The position numbers were made by a program, and so were the translations under genes. A stretch of DNA of 63,009 bases, filler included, from Polymyxa betae A26-41 (Eukaryota > Protista > Endomyxa: Phytomyxea): the NCBI GenBank assembly GCA_003693705.1. It is 6 parts of 6 records of this genome, joined end to end, with 100 filler letters (N's around TTAATTAATTAA, not from the genome) between each part and the next. Parts side by side here need not be neighbours in the genome. Positions count along the whole stretch, not along the records: positions 1 to 22,505 come from RBZT01000996.1; positions 22,606 to 34,058 come from RBZT01000453.1; 4 more parts are not named here. One strand, given 5' to 3'. Shown in pieces: positions 14,023 through 26,021 of this stretch; positions within the stretch are counted from its first letter, which is position 1; each line of letters starts with the position of its first letter. The notes beneath the pieces are model-generated. The model made no database searches. It was given only the letters and a program-made list of their open reading frames with translations, and was not told where the DNA came from.

Positions 14023-15402
14023 ATGGATCTCTTTGAAGAAGTAGACAATGAGCTATCAACGGATTCAGAAGACGACCTTGCCGTTGTCCAAGCTGTTGCT
14101 GCCTTCAAACTACAATAAGCCTGCTCCTAGCAGATGGCAGAAGGTCGAAACGGGCGAAAATGGAGCAGCATACTTTCCCGAATGAAACTTGGGAGCAAGT
14201 TTATGCTAGCGATTCGAACGGATGGTTCCATTCGAATTTGCGATTGAATCGTAACTCGTTTGAGTACATAGCACAACGGATAGAGCAAGCAGCATCTGAC
14301 CTTGGCCTCAACTTGTTCCCTGCTGCGAACGCTCGCATAGACTACAAAATGAAGCTTGCCATGACCATGGCCTATCTCTGCTCAATCATCCGGCTTTCAG
14401 GCGACGGCTAGTCTGTTTGGAGTGGCCAAAGCCTCGGCTATTGTCTTGATCAACAGTATGATGGATATCCTCCATCAAATTTCCCCATTGGTTATTAAAC
14501 TCGGGATCCTTCACGAATACTCGGAAATTAATGGACTAATAAATGATCAGATGCCTGAAACTTTTAATGAATGGACTGCCGTAGCTGATGGATTCGAGAA
14601 ACTTCGTGGTTATCCCGACGTTGCAGGCGCCGTTGATGGGACTTTAATAGAGGTCGAGCGTCCCAAAGAGCATGAAGGGTACGTTTGTATCAGTGAAGCA
14701 TTCAAGGTGTTAATGCTATGCTCAATGAATACAGATGGTATTGTAGAAAAAAATTTCCTGCAATTAATATGCAGGCAATCGTTGATAGCCAATTATTCAG
14801 TGCGTCCTGGCTCCTGTAGTGACAAGAATCTTTGGACCATGTCAATACTCGGTCAAAACGTTGGACAAATAATACCACGAGCCTAGTTGGGGACGCAGGC
14901 AACAAATGTTATGATGATTCCTTATAACATTACAGAAGACATGGCAAGGGAGGAATCTACATTTAACTACCTTCATTCTTGTACAAGGATCTGTGTGGAA
15001 CTGTGATAAACCAGTCCGAAAACACTGTGAATGATAATGCATCAAACGGTTTTATGAGGAGAATTAGGCGAGAAGACGGAGATGATGAGAGAAATTGAGT
15101 CATTGATGTCGTGAGTCACGACAGGAACGAGCATTCGGCCTGTTGAAAGGCCGATGGAGAATATTGAAGCGCGCCCTAAATATGAAATCCCCTGAGAGCA
15201 TTGGACGTACTATCGTCTCTTGCATGGTCTTACACAATTTGACGATTGAAGCCAAGGATTCTTTCACAATCCCAAACGAAGATCGTGTAGACCCATTCCG
15301 AGGGCAGCATTCAAGGTGGATAGAATCCCGGCCAGGGGATAGGGAGCATGCCCTATTGAAAAGGGAGCAAATTAAGCAGTACTTGTTGGACATGGAGCTG
15401 CC
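14023..15402 (+). pseudogene. Harbinger DDE transposase (DDE_Tnp_4 type), frameshifted and interrupted
   Basis: VAGAVDGTLIEVERP, PGSCSDKNLW, LVGDAG, FNYLHSCTRICVE|RAFGLLKGRWRIL, SCMVLHN. Confidence 0.9.
15002..15123. mobile_element. Very short (122 bp) solo-LTR-like insertion
   Basis: Termini TGTG...GACA with 5-bp TSD GGAAC (14997-15001 and 15124-15128). Removing it plus one TSD copy restores RICVERAFGLLK. Confidence 0.85.
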
Positions 15403-16761
15403 AGTGATTCCACGTCCCCATTGCGAGCCAACGCGTGGTAAGCTTCGGGCATTTGATCCCACCCATTTCTCTAATGAGAGTCTCCTGTTTTCGCAGGCTA
15501 TTGGCGATCTTGTTTACAATCGCCATAAATTCCCCGTCAAATAATGCATTCAAACGGGCTTTAGTCACAAGATCTATCTGATGCAGCATGCACCAAGTCC
15601 TATGCACAGGAAACAATACTTCCTTTTCAAACTTTGTGACAACCCCACCAATCCTTCCGGTCATCACGTTTGCGCCATCAGAAGCAATACCAATCAATTT
15701 TGACGCCAAGATAGGCACATTGCATCCAACAGTTTCACCGTAAGATTGAAGATATTTGCAGCCGTATGCTGTTCGAACATAGGAACCGCTGCAACATGAA
15801 GATTATGCAGAGTATCTTTTAAAATGAAAGCGAACGCGGATGGCAAGATACGAAAACGAACGGTGGGTCGATGAATCCAATGCCAATGAAAAAGCCAGAA
15901 CTTCCTGCGATTCCAAGATTTCATGAATAACAGAAAGATTAGCTGCAACGATTATGTGGGCAAAATTCGAAACCGTGCCGTGTGAAACAGATCCTATCTT
16001 GCCAACACCGGTAAACTGTTTGGTGGACAAAAGAACAGCAGCAATTTGACGGAACGATAATCCATGATAGAGGTATGATGTAACCAGGTGAAACTGCGGA
16101 ACATTCTCAATCGTGGTCACATAACCGTCATTACTTTGAGGCTGAAACAAAGACAATGCTTTCGCTCGTGGACCTTCGATAGGGTCAGCCGGATCAAAAA
16201 ACAAGTCGCCGATGATATTATCGATAATCTCTTGTTTAAATGCCAGCGTTATGGGCTGTTCCCTAGCACCGAAATGAGAATGTAAATTGTTGGCTACAGG
16301 CGCGTCTTTTTCGAAGAATGTTTTCTTGGATTCAGAATCAAGGGCTTGATAGATTGACCACTGGTCCTGATGCTGGCCTCGATGATGGCTTTCATAGAGT
16401 TCCGGACGGAACGACTCCCAGGTTTTGATTCTTATCGTCTGTTTACGTTCACGTTGCTGTCCAGGAATGTGTTCCTTTCCGAAATAAACGCAGAACTGGC
16501 AGCGAACAGACGATACTCGTTTGGTGACAGGGTCGATATGCATAACCTTCAAACCATAGGACAGCTCGTGGGCCGGCTGAAATTTGGTTCGACTCATGAT
16601 CGCTCTTGCAGTGGCAATGCTTGGATGCAGCAGGGAGGCAATGGAGCAGGAACTGGGCTTCTCCACAGAGCCGCGGACTCCGTGGGGTCTCTGCGTGCTC
16701 TATCAAAATTTTGGGTTAATTTTGGTAACTATAAATAGATTACCAAATTTAAACCAGCCTG
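15403..16761 (-). mobile_element. 5' part of a hAT element (transposase pseudogene plus one TIR) nested in the Harbinger
   Basis: CQFC...H zinc-finger-like N-terminus, LALDSSTH, HTAANIF, IASDGANVMTG, WCMLHQIDL (CxxH), TTRW. Terminus CAGGCTGGTTTAAATTTGG on the minus strand at 16761. Left boundary approximate. Confidence 0.8.
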
Positions 16762-16805
16762 TAATATCCTAGGCATTTGGTTTACCAAGGTTCACTGCAA
16801 TCTTG

Positions 16806-17800
16806 TTAAGCGTAGCCAACATCGATTGCAGAACAGCAGTTTGTTGTATGGTCGTGGCCTGCTGTTCGACCTGCATGGATTCTAACTTGGCGATGATCTT
16901 TCCTTCGGACGACGCCACAGTGGATTGGCCGAACGCGCTGATGCAAGCTCAGATATGGAAGCAGCAACGCTGGCAAACGCAGATTAGACGAATTCACCCA
17001 TATCTTTAGGGCCTGTTTTACGCTCTCTGTCCTTAGCACAAGTCTTGGTTTGCGGTTGGGGTTCCTGAGAACGCTCTTCAGAGCAGACTGCCGATTTTAC
17101 ATTCTGATTTGGCTTCTGTGAGCCTGAAAGTGGCTGTGATTCAGAAATCGCCTTTGGCTGCATTCCTGAGACGTCCTGGAACAGCTGTCATCAAATCGTT
17201 TAATGCCCATACAATTTACCAAACCTTCAAATGGGAATATAGAGTATCACAGTATGCTGGATAGCTAACATTGGCTGAATTGCCTGTCGCTTTGAATGCT
17301 CCCAGAATTTGTTTGTATTCTGTCTTCAATGCAACAATCCGGTTTTTTATCTGCCTTGGATCGAAAGTTGAATTGCCTCTGATATTGAACCGATGGGTGA
17401 GCCACGCCCAGAACTGGGATTTCTGCACATTCGTCTTTGCGTCAGAAAACTTACTTCTTCCAATCTCAGACCAGCGAGTTTCGATAAGAAGCTCGACGAG
17501 ATCGCTCGACCACGATGCCCTGTTACCAGAGCCGGAAGAAGGGGTTCCATTTGGCGTTTTACTTTTAGGTTTTTAGGCTGGTGTGGTCTTCAGGGCAGCC
17601 GGTTTACGCTTCGAAGCCACACGACTTTCAACGCCTGGGGTCTCAGGATTGACCACAGTATCCTTATAAACAGCACGCTCAGAAGGTACCACCAAAGGCA
17701 AACCAAGCGAAGTTTTGTTTGTCAAAGGCGGACAAGGTTCTGCTTGAATGTCGTCGGAATCATCAGAGGACAGTGAAAGATCAAGGTCGTCGTAATTCAT
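16806..17800 (-). pseudogene. Harbinger ORF2, Myb/SANT-like DNA-binding protein with internal stop
   Basis: WSSDLVELLIETRW...KSQFWAWLTHRFN...QIKNRIVALKTEYK...KATGN. Convergent to the transposase, inside the TIRs. Stop at 17573-17575. Confidence 0.75.
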
Positions 17801-18299
17801 GTTAATACAATTGTTCCCGGAATAAGGAGTTTATTTCAACCAAGTATCTACTTAATGCTCACCCAAAAAGGAGATGCGCAAAAAGTAGATCTCCCGCACT
17901 TCAACCAGGCTCTTAATCCCCATTAAACCTATCTACCGTAGAAAGTTTGCTTGTATGACACTGAGCCTGGAGGCTACGGTACCTCTCGCAAAATAGTACT
18001 CCGTATGAAACTAAAACCTTAGCTTATTTTTTTATCACTGTAAGAAAAGCAAACTACGTAATTTTTACTATTATACTACCTGGCTGGGAGCCGAGCTGAA
18101 AATACCAGAGATTATAAAACCACTGACTATTGCATACATGGAATATATGCGCACATACACAGGCTGTACGAGAGCCACCCGTATTACATTACTACATGCT
18201 ATGTCAAAGTTCCCGCTGCTGGAAGACAAAATAAAACTCGATACTGCTCTCATAGTTGTAAAGGCAATTGCTCAAAGCGACCTGATGGCCACAATTTTG

Positions 18300-18700
18300 A
18301 CGCCTGGGCCCTCCAATCTGGAGGTGATGTAAGTACAGTTCGTTCTGAAGCAGATAAGAGACAAGTTTGATCAGGTATGGCCATTACTCGCCATTGTTAA
18401 TTACATATCTGAAAGGGTTTATTTTCACAGTTGAAAGTAAGCTACAACCAGATCCTGCGAAACCAATCTGGATTCGGCTGGGATGGCGAGAAAAAGTGTG
18501 TCACATCGAGTGAAGGTGTCTGGGAGGCTCTCAACCAGGTATTTGTTTATTCCAAACAGATCTAGAACTAACCGCGAATAGGCTCATAAAGACAAATATA
18601 AAAAGTGGCAAGGAAAATCGTATCCTATCTACGAGGATCTGGTCCCTCTTTTTGAAAAAACACTTGCAGCAGGTAAGAATGCACTTCCGTTGTCTCAAAT
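18300..18700 (+). pseudogene. Myb/SANT-like (Myb_DNA-bind_3 type) Harbinger/PIF accessory gene fragment with introns
   Basis: NQSGFGWDGEKKCVTSSEGVWEAL|...KKWQGKSYPIYEDLVPLFEKTLAAG. Confidence 0.75.
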
Positions 18701-18749
18701 AGCACTGGAGGCAGCCGCATCGAGCCTACAAGATGCATTCTCCGATCGT

Positions 18750-19560
18750 CCTGCTGAACCGGAGCGTCCCGCTCCACGTGTCGCTACCAGATGCAGAGAC
18801 AGCTCATCTTCTGATGAAAATCCTGCGCCTCCAGCTTCTGATGACGCTACTCTTCCTGATCCCGCGTATTATTGATTTAATTTCGAGAATGAATAAGCTG
18901 ATTGAAGATTATCAGTTGGAAGATATGTTTACGTCAAAACGTGGTTCCAAAAAATATATTAATTTTTGGTTGCGGCATTACGCCCGGCTCGTTTTCGATT
19001 TGCTATGGAGTCTGAGTTGAAATTTCATAAAATTGAGCTGGAGGATGATAAGCAGGCATTTGTTAAAGAATTATATAATACTGTTTATCTATATGAGCCC
19101 GATTTGCTTCGGGAACAGGAGGCAGCAAATTTGCAGCGCTCTCGTTCTCCTACAAATATTTCAAAGGAATTGAAGAAATCTCGTACTGAGATTGTTTGTT
19201 TGAAATGCAATTCTCCTAGTCGTCGTCTTCAGAGATGTCCCCTTAATCCATCAGAAGACGAACAGAAGCGTTTGATTGCGCAATATCGGCTCATGAAGAA
19301 AAAAATGATGGGCTTGAATTTTGTTTGAGATGATAGTGAACAAAGTGATTTGATATCCTGTGGACAATAGAGGGCATTTGAGAGTTAAACCGTTGTTAAA
19401 AATATATGTCCGGCCGGACGCTTCCGAGCATTCAATATACGTGCGCACATAATTTCCCAAGAACGTCACATAAAAAACAATCACCAGAACGTTACGGGAA
19501 CTCGGAAGATTGGATTTTTGTCTGAATTGGATTGGATCTGTCAAGTTGTTGTTGATGGGT
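18750..19560 (+). pseudogene. Degenerate LTR-retrotransposon gag (plus possible protease) remnant
   Basis: Eroded zinc knuckle CLKCNSPSRRLQRCP (CCHC with H to R) in ORF 18966-19328. Frameshifts present. Confidence 0.5.
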
Positions 19561-19726
19561 CAATTTACAAATTGCTGTATTGCTCTCTCTGTAGCATTCA
19601 ATGATGTTACTGTATATACTGTTCTGCTAAAACTGTAATGTTACTTTGACGATGTATTTTGACTTGGCGTTCATACAACCTTGCTCTTGGCCAGGGACCG
19701 GTTGTAATGTTATTACGTAATAACTA

Positions 19727-19770
19727 CAGTAGTCCCTCTTTATAACGACACTCTTTATAACGACATCTTC
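19727..19770 (+). mobile_element. pogo/Tigger-like terminal inverted repeat (single end)
   Basis: TA|CAGTAGTCCCTCTTTATAACGACACTCTTTATAACGACA, the typical CAGT...TATAACG doubled binding motif after a TA. Confidence 0.55.
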
Positions 19771-19928
19771 ATACAAGCCTTCTAAGTAACGGTCTACTAC
19801 AGGTAGATCGACAACGCTTTTCCTGAAAAGGTTTTTTATTGCGGGTCGTCTGCGTTTAGGATTGATTAAAAGGAGTATAAATGAGGTTGATGTTGATGAT
19901 AGACAGTAGCATTGACGGTTCAGTAATA

Positions 19929-20394
19929 CAGGCCGGTTTAAATTTGGGATTTGACCAAAACAAAAAAATAAGTTAATTTTGGTATTTTTCCTGCGTTATT
20001 TTGTTTAGTTTTGGTAAATCCCTAAAAATCGACATTTATTGGTGAAAAAAAAGAGAAAACTGTTGCCAATCGGCTTATTTCATCTTCTGGACAATTATTC
20101 AAACTGCTTAGCTTGCATGATGCCTTTTAAAAAGAGGCTGGAGAGTCTCGCGAATCGTGATGCTCATTTTGAATTTCTCCCATCCAAACACCGAGAAATC
20201 CGATTTAACGGAGGAAGTGTTTGGGAAAACGGTGAAAAGGGCCCCCGCAAATGATCGAAGAAAGGGAGATCTTCCTTTCACGATGTCCCAATTCTTCTCA
20301 AAAGACGAATCGCTGCTTTTTTTATCTTGAGCACTTTTCACTGTCGATTCGGTTTGATAAACTTTAAAAAGCTCTATCTGCTCCAATTAGAATC
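19929..20394 (-). mobile_element. 3' end of a hAT element (dimerization-domain fragment plus TIR), same family as 15403-16761
   Basis: FAGALFTVFPNTSSVKSDFSVFGWEK...GIMQAKQF. Terminus CAGGCCGGTTTAAATTTGG at 19929 matches the TIR at 16761 at 18 of 19 positions. Confidence 0.75.
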
Positions 20395-22505
20395 TGAAGT
20401 TGAGCAGAACTTGTAGAAAATGCTGACTGAAACTAAACTAAGATGCTTGAGATAAACTAAAGATGTTCTAAGTTAGAACCACAATCGAAAGTGTCCTTTA
20501 TTGTCAGTACAAACAGAATGATGATTGATTGACTCAAGAAGAGCCTGTAGAGTTGACTCCACCTAATTCCCCCCCTCAACGATACAGGGATTCTTTATGC
20601 AGGAAATCATGTTCCGAAACTCCTGGAACTTTGGTGCATTTAAACACTTGGTAAACATATCAGCAAGATTTTGAGAACTTGGAATATAGCTAGAGACCAG
20701 AACACCGTCACGCACTAATTCCCGAACAAAGCTCTCTCTCAAAGCTATATGCTTCATCTTGGAGTGATTGACTTCACTGGCACTGTCCTGATATAGAACA
20801 ATCGGCATTTGAACCTTGAACCCTAACTCAGCAAGGACATCACGCAACCATACAGCCTCAGCCCCCGCCAGAGACGAGGCTATGACTTCAGCTTCACAAG
20901 ACGACAGAGCAGTCGAAGTCTGTTTCTTGGTTTTGTATGATACAGGACAACCATTCAGCAAGAAAACGTAGCCTGAAGTCGATCTTCTGGTATCTAAATC
21001 ACCCGCCCAGTCTGAATCTGAAAACCTTGTAGTTGAAACCCCGCTTTATCGGATGTTCGAAACAGAAGTCCATAGTCAGATGTTCCGCGTAGATATCGAA
21101 AAATCCGTTTCACGTAATGTGCTGGGCCAGGATTTTGCACATAGCGAGAGACTTCGCCGACGGCATAAGCTATGTCCGGACGTGTGTGTAAAAGCCAGAT
21201 AAGATGCCCAACAGCAGCACGGTAATTAATGGTATGGGCAAGTACTTTAACCAATTTTTTTTCTGCTTCGGTTTTTGCACACATATCTTTAGTCAGTTTA
21301 ACGGATGAGTTGAACGGTGTTGGTTGAGGACGAGATTGATGCATTTGTATGCTTCGAGGATTTCTTTCGTATATTTTTCTTGTTCCAGAAATATAGATCC
21401 ATCGACATGTTTATGAATTCCGATTCCCAAGCACGACTGCAGTGACCCCAGGTCAGACATTTTAAAATCTCCGTTTCAATGCTCGTTTCAGTTCATATAC
21501 CATTTCTGGATGTCCAATGATAGGAAGATCATCCACGTAGACACCCACGAGGGAAAACCGGTCACTGTCAGTGCGTTTAAAATACAAGCAAGTCGTGGCC
21601 TTGACTCGAGAGTATCCCTGATTTGCAACAAGAAACTGATCAATAGTCTTGAACCAATCATGAGGAGCCTGTTTCAATCCGTACAGAGATCGCTGTAGTT
21701 TGACAAATTTGGATCCAGCATCGCTTCCTTCTGGTGAATTCATGTAAATATCCTCAGAAAGGTTAGTATTGAGAAAAGCGGTCTTTACATCCATCTGCTC
21801 CATAATAATTGTTGGATCTTGTAGGGATAAAACTAGAATCAATCGCAATATATCCATCCTCAGAACTTCATGTAAATATCCTCAGAAAGGTTAGCATTGA
21901 GAAAAGCGGTCTTTACATCCATCTGCTCCATAATAATTGTTGGATATCGTAGGGATAAAACTACAATCAATCGCAATATATCCATCCTCAGAATTGGTGC
22001 ATACGTATTGGTGCAATCGATACCTGGGCGCTGGCGAAAACCTTGCACGACTAGTCTAGCTTTGAACCGAAAAGAAGTGCCGTCTTCATTTCGTTTCAAT
22101 ACCCAAGTCGATCCTGCCGGGATGCCGGCTGTTTCGAGAATCTTCTTAAAAATCCATTTAGACCGAATGGCGCGCTGTCCGGAAGGCAAGTGGTCAATTT
22201 CACGCCACGTGTTGTGATCTGATAATGATTTGAGTTCTTCAGAAACCGCACGTAACCAGTATTCCGAATCTGAACTCTGCTGTGCCTGACGAAAGGAATT
22301 AGGTTCATTTTGGTCAGCTAGGGTGAGGGCGTTAATCCAGTTATGGCTGACATAATCACCATAGCGGACGGTTTCCTTACGACGTCTTGTACGATTATCG
22401 CGTTCATACCGATCAATCGAACTGTCGTCCGGATATAAGGTTTCGACAACATCCATTAACGGGTCGCCAGAGGTATGGCCGTCATCTTCGGGAGAATAAT
22501 CATTA
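20395..22505 (-). mobile_element. Ty1/Copia retrotransposon, 3' part (RT, RNase H, PPT, probable 3' LTR), decayed
   Basis: EPNSFRQA, SKWIFK, FKARLVVQGFRQRPGID, QMDVKTAFLN, SLYGLKQAP, VYVDDL, TRPDIAYAV, TALSSCEAE, KHIALRESFVRE, ADMFTKCL. Polypurine tract GAGGGGGGGAA at ~20567-20577. Candidate LTR ~20395-20566. Confidence 0.92.
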
Positions 22506-22605
22506 NNNNNNNNNNNNNNNNNNNNNNNNNNNNNNNNNNNNNNNNNNNNTTAATTAATTAANNNNNNNNNNNNNNNNNNNNNNNNNNNNNNNNNNNNNNN
22601 NNNNN
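22506..22605. other. Assembly gap with artificial TTAATTAATTAA linker (same at 34059-34158, 38425-38524, 56274-56373, 60567-60666; plain N gap at 38791-38842)
   Basis: 100-nt blocks of N44-TTAATTAATTAA-N44, a six-frame stop linker. Confidence 0.97.
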
Positions 22606-22811
22606 CACATCGTATAATTCTCGTCGTTCAGCTTGGCACCTTTGAATGATTTTGTGATTAAGCTGTTTGCTTGGATTGCCTCTGGTTGCATAGCTGCTGG
22701 GCCCATAACCTGTAAAGGGGCGGGTACGCTATTGACTCCAGCCTGGACTGTAACGTTGTCCGATGTGAATCTTGCAGATGCCGTTTGTCGTGTAGCACGT
22801 CTCTTACTCAT
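22606..22811 (-). pseudogene. Copia gag N-terminus, cut by the gap
   Basis: KLNDENYTMW resembles the Copia gag N-terminal KLxGxNYxxW motif. Confidence 0.6.
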
Positions 22812-22939
22812 AATGAAGCTCTCTAAGCTTTAAGGAAGTCGTAAGTAATGTAGTAATTTCAGAATGATAAGATTTTATTTCCTATCTAAAATTTGTAGTA
22901 ATAAAGCATGAATCACGTATCATGATTCAATCAATGATT

Positions 22940-23540
22940 CATTGCCGAAGCGGATGCTGACGCATCCTCAACACACGTTACAGAAGTTGATATTGGTGGC
23001 CAGTTTATGTCTAAGAATAACTCGGGCCATGAGTTCTGACCCGAAATTGAGAATCGGACGGGATGGCTTTCGTCATTGGTTTCGGCGATCTTGTTACGCT
23101 GTACTTTCATGTGTTAGAATATGCTATCAGAATGATCATCGGATTTTTCAATCTCGATGGGGGAATCCGTTCTCGCATAGTCATTTTGACACGCTTGGTT
23201 CGAGGCACAAAGGCAAGAGTAAACAGTGCGGATTTGAGACTCTCATTGTCAGTTACAACAAGGAAAACATCATCAGATCACAACTGGATTGTGATAGAGA
23301 AGACCTTTCTTGTTGTCTATTGAGATATTCTTTGGAAAAAATTGAGACGGAATTTTTGTGTTGAAGTTTATTTAAATTTTCTGAATACTTCACAGACGCT
23401 CATGCTGAAGGGTCTTAAGCGAATGGATGATTACCTGAAAGTGCAGACTTTGAGTTATTCAGCTGACTTGGAGGAATATCTCGGACATTCTATAAATCCA
23501 ATATTGTACTGTCTTGAGCATCATTGTAATAATGATGTCA
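22940..23540 (+). pseudogene. Partial copy of the Cys/His tandem-domain gene family
   Basis: Clear nucleotide and protein paralogue of 25285-25860 (TLQKLILVASLC...FQSRWGNPFSHSHF; NPILYCLEHHCNNDV). Truncated after GATGTCA at ~23540. Confidence 0.75.
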
Positions 23541-23899
23541 CCTATAAGAGATTATAAGAGAAGTCTACAGTACTAAAATTTTAGAGGATTTTGAACTTCA
23601 AGGAGAAGTGAAGAGACAGCCCATCCGGAGCGGCAAAAACTGCTCACGGAATTTTGTGCGCGCTGTCTGACTGTCTTCGCCAAATATCGCATCGAGTTTA
23701 TTGGCCTGGAGATGCTTTGCCAAGCGGCTCCCTTCCTGATACTGACCCTATCAGAGTGGTTGGCTACATTCAGTGCTAATGCTGCAGACTGTCCTGAAAA
23801 GGCTCATGTTGGTATCTCTCCTCACGACCTCCAGGTTATAGACACTCGAGTACAATTGATCTGATAGAATGCAGTTAGTCACATATTTTAACATTCATT

Positions 23900-26021
23900 A
23901 TAGGAGCCCATTCACCGTAATCCATATTCAATCCAAGACTATTCAGATCTTCCCTATTTCAACAACCTCTTTGATACCTCTTTAGACTTCGACCTGGATG
24001 TCGATTTTAATGTATGAATTGAATCTATAACTGTGATATTATTTGAAAGTGATTTATTATTCAGATATTCACTAAGAATGAAATTTGTGAGATGCTGGAC
24101 ATCCCTGCTGATATTGGAATGATACCAACATCAACATCTTTATTACATCATACTGATAATGTTTCGGATTTACCTCCTATTCAGGAAACTATCAATGTAA
24201 TGTTTCTGTATACAAGTCTCATGTCCTAGAAATCTCTGAAATTTTAAAAATCAGAATGATGAACCAGCTGAAATAATCTTCCGGAAACGTCCTCGTATTG
24301 ACGAGACATCATCGCCAGCTGACATTCTGTTTTCCTTCAATCACGATGACACCGATGTCAATGACTATTTTAGTCTTTGCAAGTTTCTGGTGAATGTTGA
24401 GGAGCTGTTTCTATCCATCTGTATATTGACTGTAGATTAGATCAAAGAGCCCGATGAAGAGGAACTTCTTTCTCTGTTTTCAAAGTCCGATCGTGATGCA
24501 GTTCAAAGCTCCAAGATCAATTCTCAATTCGTTATCAATGTGAAAGGACATAATCTGGATGTGAGCGAAATCAAACAAATCCGTTATGCTCCGAGCACAT
24601 TATAGAAGTTGATTATGGTTGCAAATCTGTATCGGAAGTTGATCTGGGCCTCCCGGAACTATAAATGGTGCTGGAGCAATTTTGAATCCAAAATACGGGA
24701 ATGGATGGATAAGGTGTGTCGTCCTGTATTGAGATGTTTCATGGAATGTTGTGAGAAAGATTTCTGGAGATTTCAGACACTCTGGGGGAAACCCTTCAAT
24801 CATCGGAGACCCCTTAGAGAATGTTCCGGACGTGTTTGCAGATCGAAGCTGTCAGCTGCCGATCAGTCTATGAATATGCTCCGAGATAGTTCTTTCATCT
24901 CTATTGAGTCTCAAGATCTACAGAATGACGAAAATCCCGCCTTAAAAAGGATGAAATTTTGTTCACCAAGAAAGGAACTCAAACTGCCTGTGTTTAGCTC
25001 TCTGCCTGAATTTCTGAATTTTTTCGATTTTGATGTCGAAAAGATCACAGACTATACTACTCTGTGTGCTTTTCTGGTGAGATTTATTCGTATTAAATGA
25101 GGAATCTCACACTGAAACTGTAATTCAGAAAAAGCAGCCTGATGATGACGAGTTCGCGTTCCTTACTGATACGAACATATTGATCAAACCAAAATGCGAA
25201 TCAAAAGTTGCAAAAGCGCCCCTTATTATCAATGTTCTCAACGATCAACTCATATTGACCGAAACCTCACGAATGTCAACACTGGAGACCACGTTACAGA
25301 AGTTGATATTGGTGGCCAGTTTATGTCTTAAAATAGTTCGGGCCAAGATTTCCAAGCCGAGATTGAACATGGCTCGTGAGGGCTGTGATAGTAGGCTGCG
25401 GGACACATGTTACCCAGTTCTTTCATGTATTAGAATATGCTGTCAGAATGATCTTCGGACTTTTCGATCTCGATGGGGAAATCCGTTTTCACATTCTCGT
25501 TTTCGAAAGCTTTGTTCTAGGTACAAAGTCAAGATTAAACAGTGCGGATTTGAGTCTCTCATTGTCAGTAACAATAAGAAATACTCCATCAGTTCACAGC
25601 TAGTTTGTGATACAGAAGGTCGTGCTCATTGTCTATTGAAATATTCTATGAAAGGATTTGAGACGGTATTTCTGTGTTCAAGTTTATTTGTAAATTCTGA
25701 AAAATAACACAGAAGCTCACGTTGAAGTGTCTTCAGCGAATGAATGATGAATTGAAGAAGCAGAATTTGAATCCATCATCTGATCTGAGTGAATATCTCG
25801 AAAGTTTTTTAAATCCAATAGTATACTGTCTTGAACATCATTGTAATAATGATGTCAATTATTTCTCTCATATATTTGGACATTATATAGATCTTTACCA
25901 ATATCAACACAATTACTGCCCTGGACATACTGGACAATGTCCTGCTCTTTATCCACAATATGATAACAACTTCATATTCAATACAGAATTGCGCAATTTA
26001 CTCTGCTCTACAACTGCCTAA
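23900..26021 (+). pseudogene. Multi-exon gene of unknown function with three tandem Cys/His domains, acidic N-terminus and NLS-like motifs; one in-frame stop at ~24603
   Basis: Exons DYSDLPYFNNLFDTSLDFDLDVDFN|, RKRPR, TL*KLIMVANLYRK...CRPVLRCFMECCEKDFWRFQTLWGKPFNH, KRMK, TLQKLILVASLC...CYPVLSCIRICCQNDLRTFRSRWGNPFSHSRF, NPIVYCLEHHCNNDVNYF. Short GT-AG introns. 5' end uncertain. Confidence 0.7.

Larger units (their letters stand above)
13878..17912. mobile_element. PIF/Harbinger DNA transposon with both ends, carrying nested insertions
   Basis: TIRs GAGCCTGGTTG (13878-13888) and CAACCAGGCTC (17902-17912). TTA target duplication at 13875-13877 and 17913-17915. Convergent transposase and Myb/SANT genes. 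Confidence 0.9.

Noticed and set aside
17936-17979. TA-CCGTAG...CTACGG-TA mini inverted repeat
   Set aside because: 6-bp arms can arise by chance.
22550-22561. Recurrent TTAATTAATTAA inside N runs (five times)
   Set aside because: Artificial scaffolding linker with stops in all six frames; not biological and not a piggyBac TTAA site.
20395-22900. One complete Copia element spanning the gap
   Set aside because: Sequence upstream of the gag start does not match the candidate 3' LTR beyond TGAAG, and a linker gap lies between.
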